This document shows positions 36,534-46,182 of a DNA stretch of 64,000 nt, piece after piece. Position 1 is the first letter of the stretch; the number at the start of each line of letters is the position of its first letter. The DNA lies in sequence record PV740454.1; one strand, given 5' to 3'. The position numbers were made by a program, and so were the translations under genes. The notes beneath the pieces are model-generated. The model did not search any database, was not told where the DNA came from, and saw only the letters and a list, made by a program, of their open reading frames with translations.

Positions 36534-36772
36534 TTGATTGGGACTTGATTCAAAAGAAGATACTAATCAATTCTAGTAACGGTAAAGCATTAGTTGCACA
36601 CGTTGATTTCAATAAAGTATCAGACATCGGGTGCTTGAAATTAGTAAGAGTTCATTACATTGAGGTTGATGAATTCACAGACATCAACTTCACTGAAGAA
36701 GATTCACCGAATTTAGATAGCTTCGTATACGTTGGCGAATGGTCGCTTGATTACATTAACTCACTCCTGTAG
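36530..36772 (+). CDS. hypothetical protein
   Basis: ATGA overlap. Confidence 0.6.
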   Translation: MIDWDLIQKKILINSSNGKALVAHVDFNKVSDIGCLKLVRVHYIEVDEFTDINFTEEDSPNLDSFVYVGEWSLDYINSLL

Positions 36773-36781
36773 GAACACATT

Positions 36782-37189
36782 ATGAGCAATGCAAATCTTG
36801 ATAAAGACTTGAAATGGATTTTTAACTTACTTCTTATCTCGTGTCTTATTGGCGCATCGTTTATCGGTCTTATAATTTACAGCGCAGCGACTAAATCTGA
36901 TGTGATGAATGATGTTCGCATCACTGAATACGGCACAGTGAAGTCTGTTAGCTCATGTAACAAGTCAAAGCATTCGTTGAAGTGTCGAGTTGTGACTGAC
37001 AAATATACATTCAGTAACACTGACATTACAGATTACCCAGGTGATTTTGTTCAAGTTGGTGACAGAATATACTTGGAACGTCGATTTTACGATGATCGTG
37101 TTGAGACGTGGATAGGCAAAAATCAAACTGTTCGTTCTCGTGGCGTATGTCACTCATGGATGCCGTGTTTTAACAAAGCAGATAACTAA
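36782..37189 (+). CDS. single-TM membrane protein
   Basis: TM helix then OB-like beta domain with Cys pairs. Confidence 0.65.
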   Translation: MSNANLDKDLKWIFNLLLISCLIGASFIGLIIYSAATKSDVMNDVRITEYGTVKSVSSCNKSKHSLKCRVVTDKYTFSNTDITDYPGDFVQVGDRIYLERRFYDDRVETWIGKNQTVRSRGVCHSWMPCFNKADN

Positions 37190-37198
37190 GGAAAACAA

Positions 37199-37420
37199 AT
37201 GAAAGTAGTATACGAAAACGCAACCAAGCACGAAAAGGGACTTGTCGTTAATTTGAAATTCAACGATGAAACAGAGTTTCGTGTAGGCAATGGTGCTGTT
37301 CAACGTGGTAAATCGTTTCAGGGTAAAGTAAAGAAAGGCGAAAAAGTCTACGCAGATGAATTCGTTGTCGCTCACGCAAGTCAGACAGTTGACGAAGCTA
37401 ATAAGCGAGTATGCAAATGA
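37199..37420 (+). CDS. hypothetical protein
   Basis: AAGGA SD. Confidence 0.65.
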   Translation: MKVVYENATKHEKGLVVNLKFNDETEFRVGNGAVQRGKSFQGKVKKGEKVYADEFVVAHASQTVDEANKRVCK

Positions 37421-37579
37421 ACGACAATGAACGAAAAGGTCTACCAGCAGATATCGACTTGTTAGAGACTGCGATACGACTCCTTAAAGTGAACCCGAAC
37501 GATCAGCGTCGTCTACAACATTTAGCAAACGTAATTGCTCGTGTTAAAGAGCAAGTAAATCAGAAATTGGAGAAGTAAT

Positions 37580-38554
37580 ATGCACGCAGGTGTAATCGGT
37601 AAATTCAACAACTATCATCAAGGCCACTTCAAACTAATCAAGTTCGCATTGTCGATTGCTGACAAAGTAACAGTTTTGCTTTGCACTGAAGACACTGATC
37701 CGATTTCAGTTGAAACTCGTATGAAGTGGATGCATCAAGATTTCGGCAATCGTATTCGCATCAGCGTATTGCAACCAAGCGCACACGGGTTATCAAACAA
37801 GTCAGAATCTGATCGCGAAGTATCGAAGCAATGGGCCGCGTTCATCGATGACAATTATCCAGAGATTGATGCGTTTGTTGGCTCAGAGCAATACATCAAT
37901 TACTGTGCTGAGTACGGTAACTTTGATGGTATCATTTACGACGAAGCACGCGAGATCACACCTTGCTCAAGCACGTCTGTTCGTGAGAATGATTCGCATG
38001 AATTCTACAGTCCGAGCGCACAACAAGATCGAGTTAAGCGAATTGCATTCATCGGTCCCGAGTCTTGTGGTAAGTCATGGAACGCAGCGACTATCGCATC
38101 AGCAAACGGTTACGAGCTTGTGCTAGAAGCAGCCCGCGACATCATGAGCGACAATCATTACACTGAGCACGACGTTCTAGAGTTCGCGATTGCACAAACT
38201 GCTCGTATTGAAGCAACTGGTAAAGAAAGTGACACTGTAATCGTTGACTCATCTGCTGTTACGTCTGCTGTGTATAGTCAATTTCAGTTCAATGAAACAC
38301 CGACATTGCTGCAAGCACTGGCTGCATACGAAAGCATTGACGCATACGTGCTGTTTCGCCCGAACTGTGAGTTTGTTCAAGACGGTACTCGAACGCAATC
38401 ACAACGTGAACGAGAACTGTGGTTTGAAATCGCACATGAACTAGTTTTGAACACTGGCAAGCCACATATAATTGTTCAGAAGGGTCAGAATTGGGAAGAG
38501 CGTCTGCATGAGACAGCGCATCACGTCGCATTGTTAAAGGATTTAATCAAATGA
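37580..38554 (+). CDS. nadR: NadR-like NMN adenylyltransferase / ribosylnicotinamide kinase (no HTH)
   Basis: GKFNNYHQGH NTase motif, SSTSVR, P-loop GPESCGKS, VDSS, DGTR; near pnuC. Confidence 0.85.
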   Translation: MHAGVIGKFNNYHQGHFKLIKFALSIADKVTVLLCTEDTDPISVETRMKWMHQDFGNRIRISVLQPSAHGLSNKSESDREVSKQWAAFIDDNYPEIDAFVGSEQYINYCAEYGNFDGIIYDEAREITPCSSTSVRENDSHEFYSPSAQQDRVKRIAFIGPESCGKSWNAATIASANGYELVLEAARDIMSDNHYTEHDVLEFAIAQTARIEATGKESDTVIVDSSAVTSAVYSQFQFNETPTLLQALAAYESIDAYVLFRPNCEFVQDGTRTQSQRERELWFEIAHELVLNTGKPHIIVQKGQNWEERLHETAHHVALLKDLIK

Positions 38555-38910
38555 GTGTAATTACGTTTCTTTATGTAGCGAACCTAGCAATATTCTTTCT
38601 GATTACATTTGCAGTGTTTGTTCTTAAATTTGCGTTTCTTCGTGATATCACGTTCAAGCAAGTTCTTAACAGAGTGCAATATTTTAAATACGGCATGATA
38701 CTACCGCAGACGCTACACGATGAGCTTCACTATAAAGGTGACGAAAAAGAAGATAACTCGCCATATTGGCTGTTCATGTTCATTGCGTTTGACGTTGCGA
38801 TTTTAGTGGTGTTCATGTTGATAGTAAACATTTTCCCAATCGTTGGTATTGTAGCAGCAGTGCTGATCGCAATTCGCATGATTATGATGAGGGTTAAACA
38901 TGGTAACTAA
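38551..38910 (+). CDS. membrane paralog 1 (nadR-pnuC insert)
   Basis: FAFLRDITF...FKY...FD. Confidence 0.6.
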   Translation: MSVITFLYVANLAIFFLITFAVFVLKFAFLRDITFKQVLNRVQYFKYGMILPQTLHDELHYKGDEKEDNSPYWLFMFIAFDVAILVVFMLIVNIFPIVGIVAAVLIAIRMIMMRVKHGN

Positions 38911-39244
38911 ATTTCTAATCGTAGTACTGCTAACTGCATGGGTTATTAACGCATTGATAACACCATTCTTGGCAATCGGTGGTATGATTTTCAATTTCAC
39001 GTTCAGAACTAATATCAAGTTTGGAAATCTCGTAAGAACTTGGCAAGAATTCAAATATGATTGGTTCTGGTCATTCGGGTATGATGATGTAGACTACTTC
39101 GCGACGTGGATTTTCTTAGATGTGATCATATTAGGTCTTGCTACTGGGATATCAGCCGCAGCGATTCAAGATATATCACCTCTGTTAGCTATTGTAGTAG
39201 TTCCATTTATCATTCGCTTTATTATAGGATTTTTCAAAAAATGA
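38900..39244 (+). CDS. membrane paralog 2
   Basis: FNFTFRTNI...FLD...PFIIRFIIG. Confidence 0.7.
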   Translation: MVTKFLIVVLLTAWVINALITPFLAIGGMIFNFTFRTNIKFGNLVRTWQEFKYDWFWSFGYDDVDYFATWIFLDVIILGLATGISAAAIQDISPLLAIVVVPFIIRFIIGFFKK

Positions 39245-39585
39245 TTGACACAATTTTCGTTATCGTGCTAGTATTAATCTCAGCAAACGCACTAAGTGTT
39301 CCACTTGTAGCATCTGTGATGTCATTGTTCAATTTCATGTTCAGAACTGAGATCGAATGGCAAACAAAACTCCAATCATTTCAGATGAAGAAGTATAGAA
39401 ATATGGTGCCACACGGTTCAAAATTTGATGTTGCTGACTTTTCAATGACATCATTTCTTGATATATGCATCGGCGCGATTGCTGCAATCGTAATAACTTG
39501 TATTTTACACATTGCTCCAGTTGTGTTTCTACTGATACCAATTCCTTTTATAGTCCGATTCATCGTCGGTAAGGTTAAGAAATGA
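39241..39585 (+). CDS. membrane paralog 3
   Basis: FNFMFRTEI...FLD...PFIVRFIVG. Confidence 0.7.
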   Translation: MIDTIFVIVLVLISANALSVPLVASVMSLFNFMFRTEIEWQTKLQSFQMKKYRNMVPHGSKFDVADFSMTSFLDICIGAIAAIVITCILHIAPVVFLLIPIPFIVRFIVGKVKK

Positions 39586-39848
39586 GTTTAGAAAACTACA
39601 CTGAAAATCAGCTTCGCGACGAAATAGCACGTCGCGAACGTGAACGCAAAACGCTTGAAAGCATTCAAGTCGTCATTGACAAAACACCAGCGCAAGAAGT
39701 CGAGAATCGACTTGTCAATCTAGGCAAGATGTATCTTCGTGATGAACTTGATGATCGAGAAATCGACACACAATGGGCATACGAAGAGTTAATGGAACTT
39801 GTATATGGCAAAGGCGTGTTTGACAAACTGAGTCAGTTACGTCGCTAA
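39582..39848 (+). CDS. hypothetical protein
   Basis: L..YT..QLRDEI.RRE motif. Confidence 0.65.
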   Translation: MSLENYTENQLRDEIARRERERKTLESIQVVIDKTPAQEVENRLVNLGKMYLRDELDDREIDTQWAYEELMELVYGKGVFDKLSQLRR

Positions 39849-39872
39849 CAATCAATTTGAGAGAAAAATATT

Positions 39873-40556
39873 ATGTTTGATTTACTGTTTAACATCAACC
39901 ACACTGTGTTTTCAATAGGCGATTATGCAGTATCTGGTCTAGAACTTTGGGCTACAATCACTGGCTTGGTATGTGTCATCATGGCGCGTATGAACATGAA
40001 GCACAACTTCACAGTCGGCATTGTGAACTGTATCGGATTTGCGATTCTGTTCTTTCAGATTCAGCTATACAGCGACGTGCTCTTACAGGGATTCTTCATT
40101 GCAGCAAGTGCATACGGGTTCTATCAGTGGAATAAGAAAGACGACGATGAAGTCCTCATTCAATATATGACGCCGCTAAGCACGTTCCTTGCTATCAGCT
40201 TAACCGCTATCGCAACATACGCACTTACCCACAGCATTGACACGATAATGTGGATAAGTGGCAACATTCTTGTGGATAACTATGAACATATCCCAGCAGC
40301 ACTATCTGGATTAGATGCATTCACAACGTGTGCGAGTATCATGGCGTTCATGCTGATGATTCAGCGTAAAGTCGAAGCGTGGTTGTTCTGGGTAGCAGTG
40401 AACGTCGTGTGTATCTACAACTACAGCGCACAAGGTGTTATCGTAGTCGCAGTCGAGTACTGTATCTTCCTAATGAACGCTATGTTAGCGGTATTAACGT
40501 GGCATCGTGAAGCATCACAAAACAAGTTGATGCTTGACTTGAAAGAGCAATGGTGA
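39873..40556 (+). CDS. pnuC: nicotinamide riboside transporter PnuC
   Basis: LELWATITGLVCV, YSD..LQ.FF...YG.YQW, DAFTT, RK.E.W..W..VN. Confidence 0.9.
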   Translation: MFDLLFNINHTVFSIGDYAVSGLELWATITGLVCVIMARMNMKHNFTVGIVNCIGFAILFFQIQLYSDVLLQGFFIAASAYGFYQWNKKDDDEVLIQYMTPLSTFLAISLTAIATYALTHSIDTIMWISGNILVDNYEHIPAALSGLDAFTTCASIMAFMLMIQRKVEAWLFWVAVNVVCIYNYSAQGVIVVAVEYCIFLMNAMLAVLTWHREASQNKLMLDLKEQW

Positions 40557-40560
40557 GCAA

Positions 40561-40983
40561 ATGAAAATCGTAAGGCAAGTTAAATTCGACAGCACGAATG
40601 GGTTAGACATCGACCGTATGCACCCGATGCTAGACTTCATCAAAGGTGAAGGTGAGATTAAACTCGGCAACAACTACTACAAAGTAGGTACGACGTTTGC
40701 AATCAATTCAAATAATGAGTGTTTCGTCGTTGAGTCAAACACGTGGGATGAAGTCAAAGACGCGGTAAACGGGATCTTCAAAACGACTGGTGAGTTTACA
40801 AAACGTTTCCCAGACACAGACGTTGTATCAGTTGTGTTTGACAATGCTCTGCCGCAAGCACTTGATAAAGCACTACAGCTTGCATTCATCCATGATCTCG
40901 ACCGTTATAGCGTTGATTGTCAAGTAATGCTTAACGGCTACGAGCAATTACGCACAAAAGGTTGGATTGGTGATGGCGTATAA
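40561..40983 (+). CDS. hypothetical protein
   Basis: ORF tiling. Confidence 0.65.
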   Translation: MKIVRQVKFDSTNGLDIDRMHPMLDFIKGEGEIKLGNNYYKVGTTFAINSNNECFVVESNTWDEVKDAVNGIFKTTGEFTKRFPDTDVVSVVFDNALPQALDKALQLAFIHDLDRYSVDCQVMLNGYEQLRTKGWIGDGV

Positions 40984-41470
40984 AAAGTTCAATATCCGCG
41001 AGAACTTCGAGCACAGCACTCATGATGAAATGCAATGTCTTCACTACGTATTTGATAAAGTCGAGCCGTATTGGCGTGATTGTAAGATGCTGACCGAAGA
41101 ACAACGATTCATAATGGCTCAATGTCATACCATGGCAGTGTCTCGTACGTTGAAAAACGCTATCATCGACGCCAAACGTCATGAAATAATGACTCGGCTA
41201 CGTCAAGAAGAAGCAGATCGCATTTACAATGGTGACACATCGAAGCTCTACTTGTATTACCCGCACCATCTTGTCGATGAAGAGTACCCGTTACATTGTG
41301 AATGGTGGGTTAGCTACTGTGAAAAAGACATCGAGATCATAGAAATTGCGGTTCAGAAAAGTCGGTACGCTGACGGTCGTTATCTTAGACGTGATCGCTA
41401 TCACCTTGAAACGATGATGAATGTTTTCGACGAAGTTCGTGAAAAACTTGAACGACGGTTTTTAATGTAA
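40973..41470 (+). CDS. hypothetical protein
   Basis: ORF tiling. Confidence 0.65.
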   Translation: MAYKKFNIRENFEHSTHDEMQCLHYVFDKVEPYWRDCKMLTEEQRFIMAQCHTMAVSRTLKNAIIDAKRHEIMTRLRQEEADRIYNGDTSKLYLYYPHHLVDEEYPLHCEWWVSYCEKDIEIIEIAVQKSRYADGRYLRRDRYHLETMMNVFDEVREKLERRFLM

Positions 41471-41679
41471 TGCAAATAGACGAATCTAAGCTTGATGACA
41501 TACGAAGCAAGTTAAGGGACTTGAATAATCGCGAAAAAACATTACTCATGGAAGAGATAATGCGCGATCTTAGCTTCTTTCACGGCAACCCGGATAAAAA
41601 GCGTGCTGCTCATTCTTATATGAAGATAGCACACGGCGGTAACTTCTACTTTAAGGACTTGAAAAATGAGCGCACCTAG
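41470..41679 (+). CDS. hypothetical protein
   Basis: TAATG coupling. Confidence 0.6.
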   Translation: MQIDESKLDDIRSKLRDLNNREKTLLMEEIMRDLSFFHGNPDKKRAAHSYMKIAHGGNFYFKDLKNERT

Positions 41680-41941
41680 TACTGCACATTTCTTTGCCGT
41701 TCATGAAAACGGTGGACGCGAACACTTAGGTTATATCTTCTGTAACTGCGGTTGGTTCTTTCATGAAGAACACTTCCTTGCAGATATTGCAGACGACATC
41801 GAACGCAGTGAGATTCTAAATGGCACAATGAAGAAAGGTGTCGAGTGGGATTATGTAATCGCATACGACATGGCATGGTCGAAAGATACTGTCATGAGTC
41901 ATTTACCAGAACTAGCACCGAGACGAGGTGATAATGTTTGA
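41666..41941 (+). CDS. hypothetical protein
   Basis: AAGGA SD. Confidence 0.6.
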   Translation: MSAPSTAHFFAVHENGGREHLGYIFCNCGWFFHEEHFLADIADDIERSEILNGTMKKGVEWDYVIAYDMAWSKDTVMSHLPELAPRRGDNV

Positions 41942-42161
41942 CGCAATTCATTTCATGATCATTAAATCACCAATCTGGTTCACTGTAATAGAAGCGTTTT
42001 TACTTATATTCACAGCAGCATCATTAGAAATGTTATCTGACAGTCATGTACTCGACTCAGAAGCAGAACGCAAGATAACTGTATGCGTATTCTACGTCTG
42101 TCTATTCATGTTGATATTCATACCATACATGTGGATATTCTACGAACCATCATACTTTTAA
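41928..42161 (+). CDS. 2-TM membrane protein
   Basis: Hydrophobic helices. Confidence 0.6.
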   Translation: MIMFDAIHFMIIKSPIWFTVIEAFLLIFTAASLEMLSDSHVLDSEAERKITVCVFYVCLFMLIFIPYMWIFYEPSYF

Positions 42162-42272
42162 GACGCTGCGGCGTCTTTTTTTCCGGTTTATTGAAAAAAG
42201 TGCTTGCAATGAAAATCGAATAGCAGTATTATAGCTACATCGAAACGAGATACACAAAAGGAAAACATTATG
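42160..42272 (+). promoter_or_regulatory. terminator plus early promoter/leader cassette
   Basis: AAGACGC-TGCG-GCGTCTTTTTTT; TTGCAA...TATTAT; ATCGAAACGAGATACACA; AAGGAAAACATT-ATG. Confidence 0.8.
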
Positions 42273-42626
42273 AAAACATTCATCAGAGACAACGCAGTAA
42301 CAAGCACGAATCACATTGAGCTTGAAATCACAACTGAAGTCCTAGGATGGTTCAATAATCAATTCAATCAAGCTGACGGCTGGGTTATCGTTGCACTTGA
42401 TAAATTCGAAGAATCGTTTCTTGAAGATGCATCAATCGATCACACAAACGTGTATCGTGTAATGAACGATGATCGCACTAGCTTATGTCGCATCAACGTT
42501 GAGAAAGAAACATATGCGTTTCTTGATAACGCTGAGCTAATGGAAACTGGTATGTACAGATTCGAGCGCCCAGCTAAGTATCGCTCACTGTACGCTGACT
42601 CTAAAAATGAACTATTCGAGGTGTAA
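42270..42626 (+). CDS. hypothetical protein
   Basis: Cassette ATG. Confidence 0.7.
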   Translation: MKTFIRDNAVTSTNHIELEITTEVLGWFNNQFNQADGWVIVALDKFEESFLEDASIDHTNVYRVMNDDRTSLCRINVEKETYAFLDNAELMETGMYRFERPAKYRSLYADSKNELFEV

Positions 42627-42627
42627 T

Positions 42628-42804
42628 ATGGATACTATCTTTTATCTGATGAATAACAATCCACCAATGACGATTCTTGCTATCTTCTTAATGACTGTTA
42701 TTTGTTTCTACTCGATTGCTAATCGAAATCATTTACTGTTGTTTTTGTGTGGCATGTTCTTTGGATTTATAATGCCGTTCGTCTTTTTATACACACCATC
42801 ATAA
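42628..42804 (+). CDS. small 2-TM membrane protein
   Basis: GAGGTG SD. Confidence 0.6.
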   Translation: MDTIFYLMNNNPPMTILAIFLMTVICFYSIANRNHLLLFLCGMFFGFIMPFVFLYTPS

Positions 42805-42813
42805 GGGAATATC

Positions 42814-43044
42814 ATGCTTAAATTGACAATTTTTGACGAAGAGAAAATCGTGCAAGTGGGACAAGCAGTACGTATTGAACACGTGCGTACAAAAGCTGTA
42901 GAAACTGCGTACGTTGGGTTGATCAGAGGCGCTTTTGTCGCGCTGTTTAGCGACGACGCAATCTATGTCTTCCACGACGGTAGCTTTCGCGACACAACAG
43001 GTACTTATCGCCTAGCACACAACGCAAAACTGACACATCACTAA
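42814..43044 (+). CDS. hypothetical protein
   Basis: AAGGG SD. Confidence 0.6.
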   Translation: MLKLTIFDEEKIVQVGQAVRIEHVRTKAVETAYVGLIRGAFVALFSDDAIYVFHDGSFRDTTGTYRLAHNAKLTHH

Positions 43045-43056
43045 GAGGAAAAGAAC

Positions 43057-43296
43057 ATGTTTGGATTTATTGAAGACGCATTCGACAGCGTAGTTAACAC
43101 AGTAGACGATTTTATCGATGATCCAGTTGGTCAGACTGTGTATCACGCAACGTCACCAATCCGTGATGCTGCTGAAATCATTGAAGGGCTTACCGAAGGT
43201 GAGATCAGAGCAATGGCAGTAGCTCGACTAGGCGCAGATGTCGCAGCAGGCATGGCGATTTCTGAAATCATTGAAGTACTTGAATTAGGCGAATAA
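43057..43296 (+). CDS. acidic helical hypothetical protein
   Basis: GAGG SD. Confidence 0.65.
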   Translation: MFGFIEDAFDSVVNTVDDFIDDPVGQTVYHATSPIRDAAEIIEGLTEGEIRAMAVARLGADVAAGMAISEIIEVLELGE

Positions 43297-43298
43297 CA

Positions 43299-43565
43299 AT
43301 GACTGAAGCAAAACAAACTATCTGGTTGCCGCACGTAGTATTCACGTATGTTCATGCAGCTCTTGTGCTTTTAAACTTGTGGACTGCTTCATCAATGTAT
43401 GAGTCGTATGTTCCAATGTTAATCGGGTTAATGCCTGGCATTAGTATCGGTATGAGTGTCACGCTCGTGTGGTTCATGTGGGACAAGAACAAAGAAACGT
43501 TCATCGATGATATTAAACAACCATTTAAACTGCGTATCAACAAGCGAGGTAATAACAATGCGTAG
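43299..43565 (+). CDS. membrane protein
   Basis: Two hydrophobic helices. Confidence 0.6.
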   Translation: MTEAKQTIWLPHVVFTYVHAALVLLNLWTASSMYESYVPMLIGLMPGISIGMSVTLVWFMWDKNKETFIDDIKQPFKLRINKRGNNNA

Positions 43566-43740
43566 CTTACCATTCACGCTGTTTCGCGTATGTTCGATAT
43601 TCTTTGCTGGTATGGCAATGGAGCGACTCATGCACACAGATAGCGTACCAACACTTGCAATATTAGCACCAATTGTAGTTCTAGTATGTTTCGGACTTGG
43701 CATAACCATCGAATTGGCAGATAAAAATGAAAAAGACTAA
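43558..43740 (+). CDS. small membrane protein
   Basis: GAGG SD. Confidence 0.55.
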   Translation: MRSLPFTLFRVCSIFFAGMAMERLMHTDSVPTLAILAPIVVLVCFGLGITIELADKNEKD

Positions 43741-44461
43741 AATCACAGCACGAGTTGGTATGATGTCTCTTGTGGGCGTATCAGGCTCATTCCCGTACGC
43801 ACGCGGAAATTACTGTAGTAACACACAAGGCTATTACTTTGTCAATCTATGGGCAGAGAATCTTGAACATCTAATCAACAACGGGTACTTGCCCGACGGG
43901 CAAATCGAAGTGCTGTTGTTTAGAGACAATAAGCAACAAGGCTACGCTTATGCCTACGTTATTGACGAGCGTGTGCCAAAAGAAGCACTACACGCGCCAT
44001 ACTTCTGCGGTATTGCGACTTCTGTTGAGATCATGCGCTACCACTATCAAACACCAGACGATAAATGTCTATGCGATACTGACGACTACAGCGTTCTTAG
44101 CGCACGTTCGTGGGACAATAAAGGTCGTTCAGTGCGTCATTGCCCACAGTGCGACACTCGCTTCACTATTCAGACGAAAAGGCGCAACGATGTGTATCGT
44201 GTTCAGATGTTTTCCGAATTCTCACGGGGTGAATGGAATCTGCTGTATTACAAGGATGGTGTGTTCTACACGATTCCCGGCAACGAGCCAGTAGCAGAAG
44301 AAGACATTATCAAAGTCGACCGAACGGCAGTGTGTGCATTCGGTAGTGGTGATGACCAACGAGGTGCGATTTCACTTGCGGATTTCAATTTCAGCGGCTT
44401 GATTGAGAAAGCAGTTTCTGATACAGTTGACGGTGTAACCACTTATACTGTACAAAAATAG
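43727..44461 (+). CDS. hypothetical protein with Zn ribbon
   Basis: CLC...CPQC. Confidence 0.7.
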   Translation: MKKTKITARVGMMSLVGVSGSFPYARGNYCSNTQGYYFVNLWAENLEHLINNGYLPDGQIEVLLFRDNKQQGYAYAYVIDERVPKEALHAPYFCGIATSVEIMRYHYQTPDDKCLCDTDDYSVLSARSWDNKGRSVRHCPQCDTRFTIQTKRRNDVYRVQMFSEFSRGEWNLLYYKDGVFYTIPGNEPVAEEDIIKVDRTAVCAFGSGDDQRGAISLADFNFSGLIEKAVSDTVDGVTTYTVQK

Positions 44462-44669
44462 TACAAAAATCGGCGTTCCTGCGGAGCTGGTGTCTTGCGA
44501 CACCGTGCGCTCCGCGTCTTGTAGGTAAAATATATGTTCACTCGACTTATTTCAAAATTTATTGTATGCAAGCATCTTGATAGAATAGAACATTCAGTTC
44601 ACGGTATTGTGTTTTGGCAATGCCCTCATTGTGGCGAAGATAACTATCGAGATCGTTAAAGGTAAAATT

Positions 44670-44963
44670 ATGTTCACAACAAAGCAATTTGTTCAAATCG
44701 AGCACAACTATTCTCATATTGATACTGTCAATCTTGAAGATCGCAAGGGCGTACCTCAGGCGAAATTCGTGATTGAAATCAACGCAGGAACATATTACAA
44801 TCACAAAACAGACTCGATGAAAGAGATAGATCCAGACTTAGTAGGCTATTGGATTCTATCAGACGCAATCGACCCATATTGGTACTCAGTTGACGAATGT
44901 TTAAAAGAGTACGAATGGGAACGAGCACGAGAAATAACAATCACATCATGGGAAGCAATTTAA
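44670..44963 (+). CDS. hypothetical protein
   Basis: AAGGT SD. Confidence 0.65.
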   Translation: MFTTKQFVQIEHNYSHIDTVNLEDRKGVPQAKFVIEINAGTYYNHKTDSMKEIDPDLVGYWILSDAIDPYWYSVDECLKEYEWERAREITITSWEAI

Positions 44964-45337
44964 TGAGCACAAATTCAAATATTAGCATTGTAAACGCAGA
45001 CGGCACAACACGTTCAATCTACTGTCACTGGGATGGTGGATTATGGGATGGTGGCGTAGCACAAACTCTAATCGAGTTCTATCGCACTGAAAGCGAAGTT
45101 AACGCACTGATTGATCAGGGTAGCTGTAGCTCACTTGGCGGTTCAATCGAAGACAGTTTATTCTATCATCGTGATCGCGGCGAAGATCTTGATATTCGAA
45201 TCAACGAAACACCAAATGAAGAATATCATTACACGTTCGATAAAGGTCAGTGGTATGTATGCTGCCCAGAAACTGAATGGGCTGATGTAGTTCTGACTGA
45301 AGAATTGCGCGTTGAACTAGAAAATTACGACGGTTGA
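44963..45337 (+). CDS. conserved phage protein with YCHWDG motif
   Basis: MST.S.I....SIYCHWDG...EEYHYTF. Confidence 0.7.
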   Translation: MSTNSNISIVNADGTTRSIYCHWDGGLWDGGVAQTLIEFYRTESEVNALIDQGSCSSLGGSIEDSLFYHRDRGEDLDIRINETPNEEYHYTFDKGQWYVCCPETEWADVVLTEELRVELENYDG

Positions 45338-45341
45338 TAAA

Positions 45342-45692
45342 ATGTCAGATATAATCAAAGACCCTTATGGGCGAGAATATCAAGTGGGTGCATATTACAG
45401 AGTTCGCTCGACTGATGAGGGTCCATTTGGTTACGGTGAGACTAAGATTATTCCCATGACTGCAAACTTCAGATTCGAGCACTGTCATGTTGAAGAAGTA
45501 CATGGCGTGTTTGGGACAATTCGCAAGTTGCCACCTAAACTAATCGAAGGGCGCATATACACGTTTTTTATTAACGATTCTTACGAACGCAGCGTTGGTA
45601 TATGGGGTGGAACGACTCGCGGATTTATATGCGGTCTAATTGATGTTAAAATGTCTCAGATTGACGCACAGACGATTTCAGAGGTACGATGA
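45342..45692 (+). CDS. hypothetical protein
   Basis: ORF tiling. Confidence 0.6.
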   Translation: MSDIIKDPYGREYQVGAYYRVRSTDEGPFGYGETKIIPMTANFRFEHCHVEEVHGVFGTIRKLPPKLIEGRIYTFFINDSYERSVGIWGGTTRGFICGLIDVKMSQIDAQTISEVR

Positions 45693-45967
45693 AAACTACA
45701 TTCTTTAATGCATCGGGAAATGAAATGGAATTCAATTGGTTTCACGTCCCGTATGCTTACACAAACATTAACCTAGGCAATAAGCAGCTTGTCATTGCTG
45801 AGATTTCACGAAATGTGAATCGTATCGCGTATGCACTACGTAACAATGACACTGGTAGAATTGGTATTGTTCGCTTCAAGAAGATTCACAATGATCGCAA
45901 TCGCGGCAAGTACTTCGATTACAAAGGCAAGAAAGTATTCTTGAAAGACGTGGGAGTTGTACTATGA
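45689..45967 (+). CDS. hypothetical basic protein
   Basis: GAGG SD. Confidence 0.6.
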   Translation: MKTTFFNASGNEMEFNWFHVPYAYTNINLGNKQLVIAEISRNVNRIAYALRNNDTGRIGIVRFKKIHNDRNRGKYFDYKGKKVFLKDVGVVL

Positions 45968-46112
45968 TTGTTAAATTAATTGCTGCTGTATTACTTGTAT
46001 ATGCAATGTACCAAAGCACAAAGCCAATAAAATGCGAAGCATGTGGCGCTGACGATGCATCAAGTGATGGTGTCGGTATGATGCTATGTGATGAATGTAT
46101 GAAAAAATAATC

Positions 46113-46182
46113 AAAAAGGGTTGACAGATGTCAGCCCTTTTTCGTATCATAGCAATACGCAAACAAAAGAGAGAAAATTATG
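46113..46182 (+). promoter_or_regulatory. terminator-fused early promoter cassette
   Basis: GGGTTGAC-AGAT-GTCAGCCCTTTTT; TTGACA-18-TATCAT. Confidence 0.8.
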
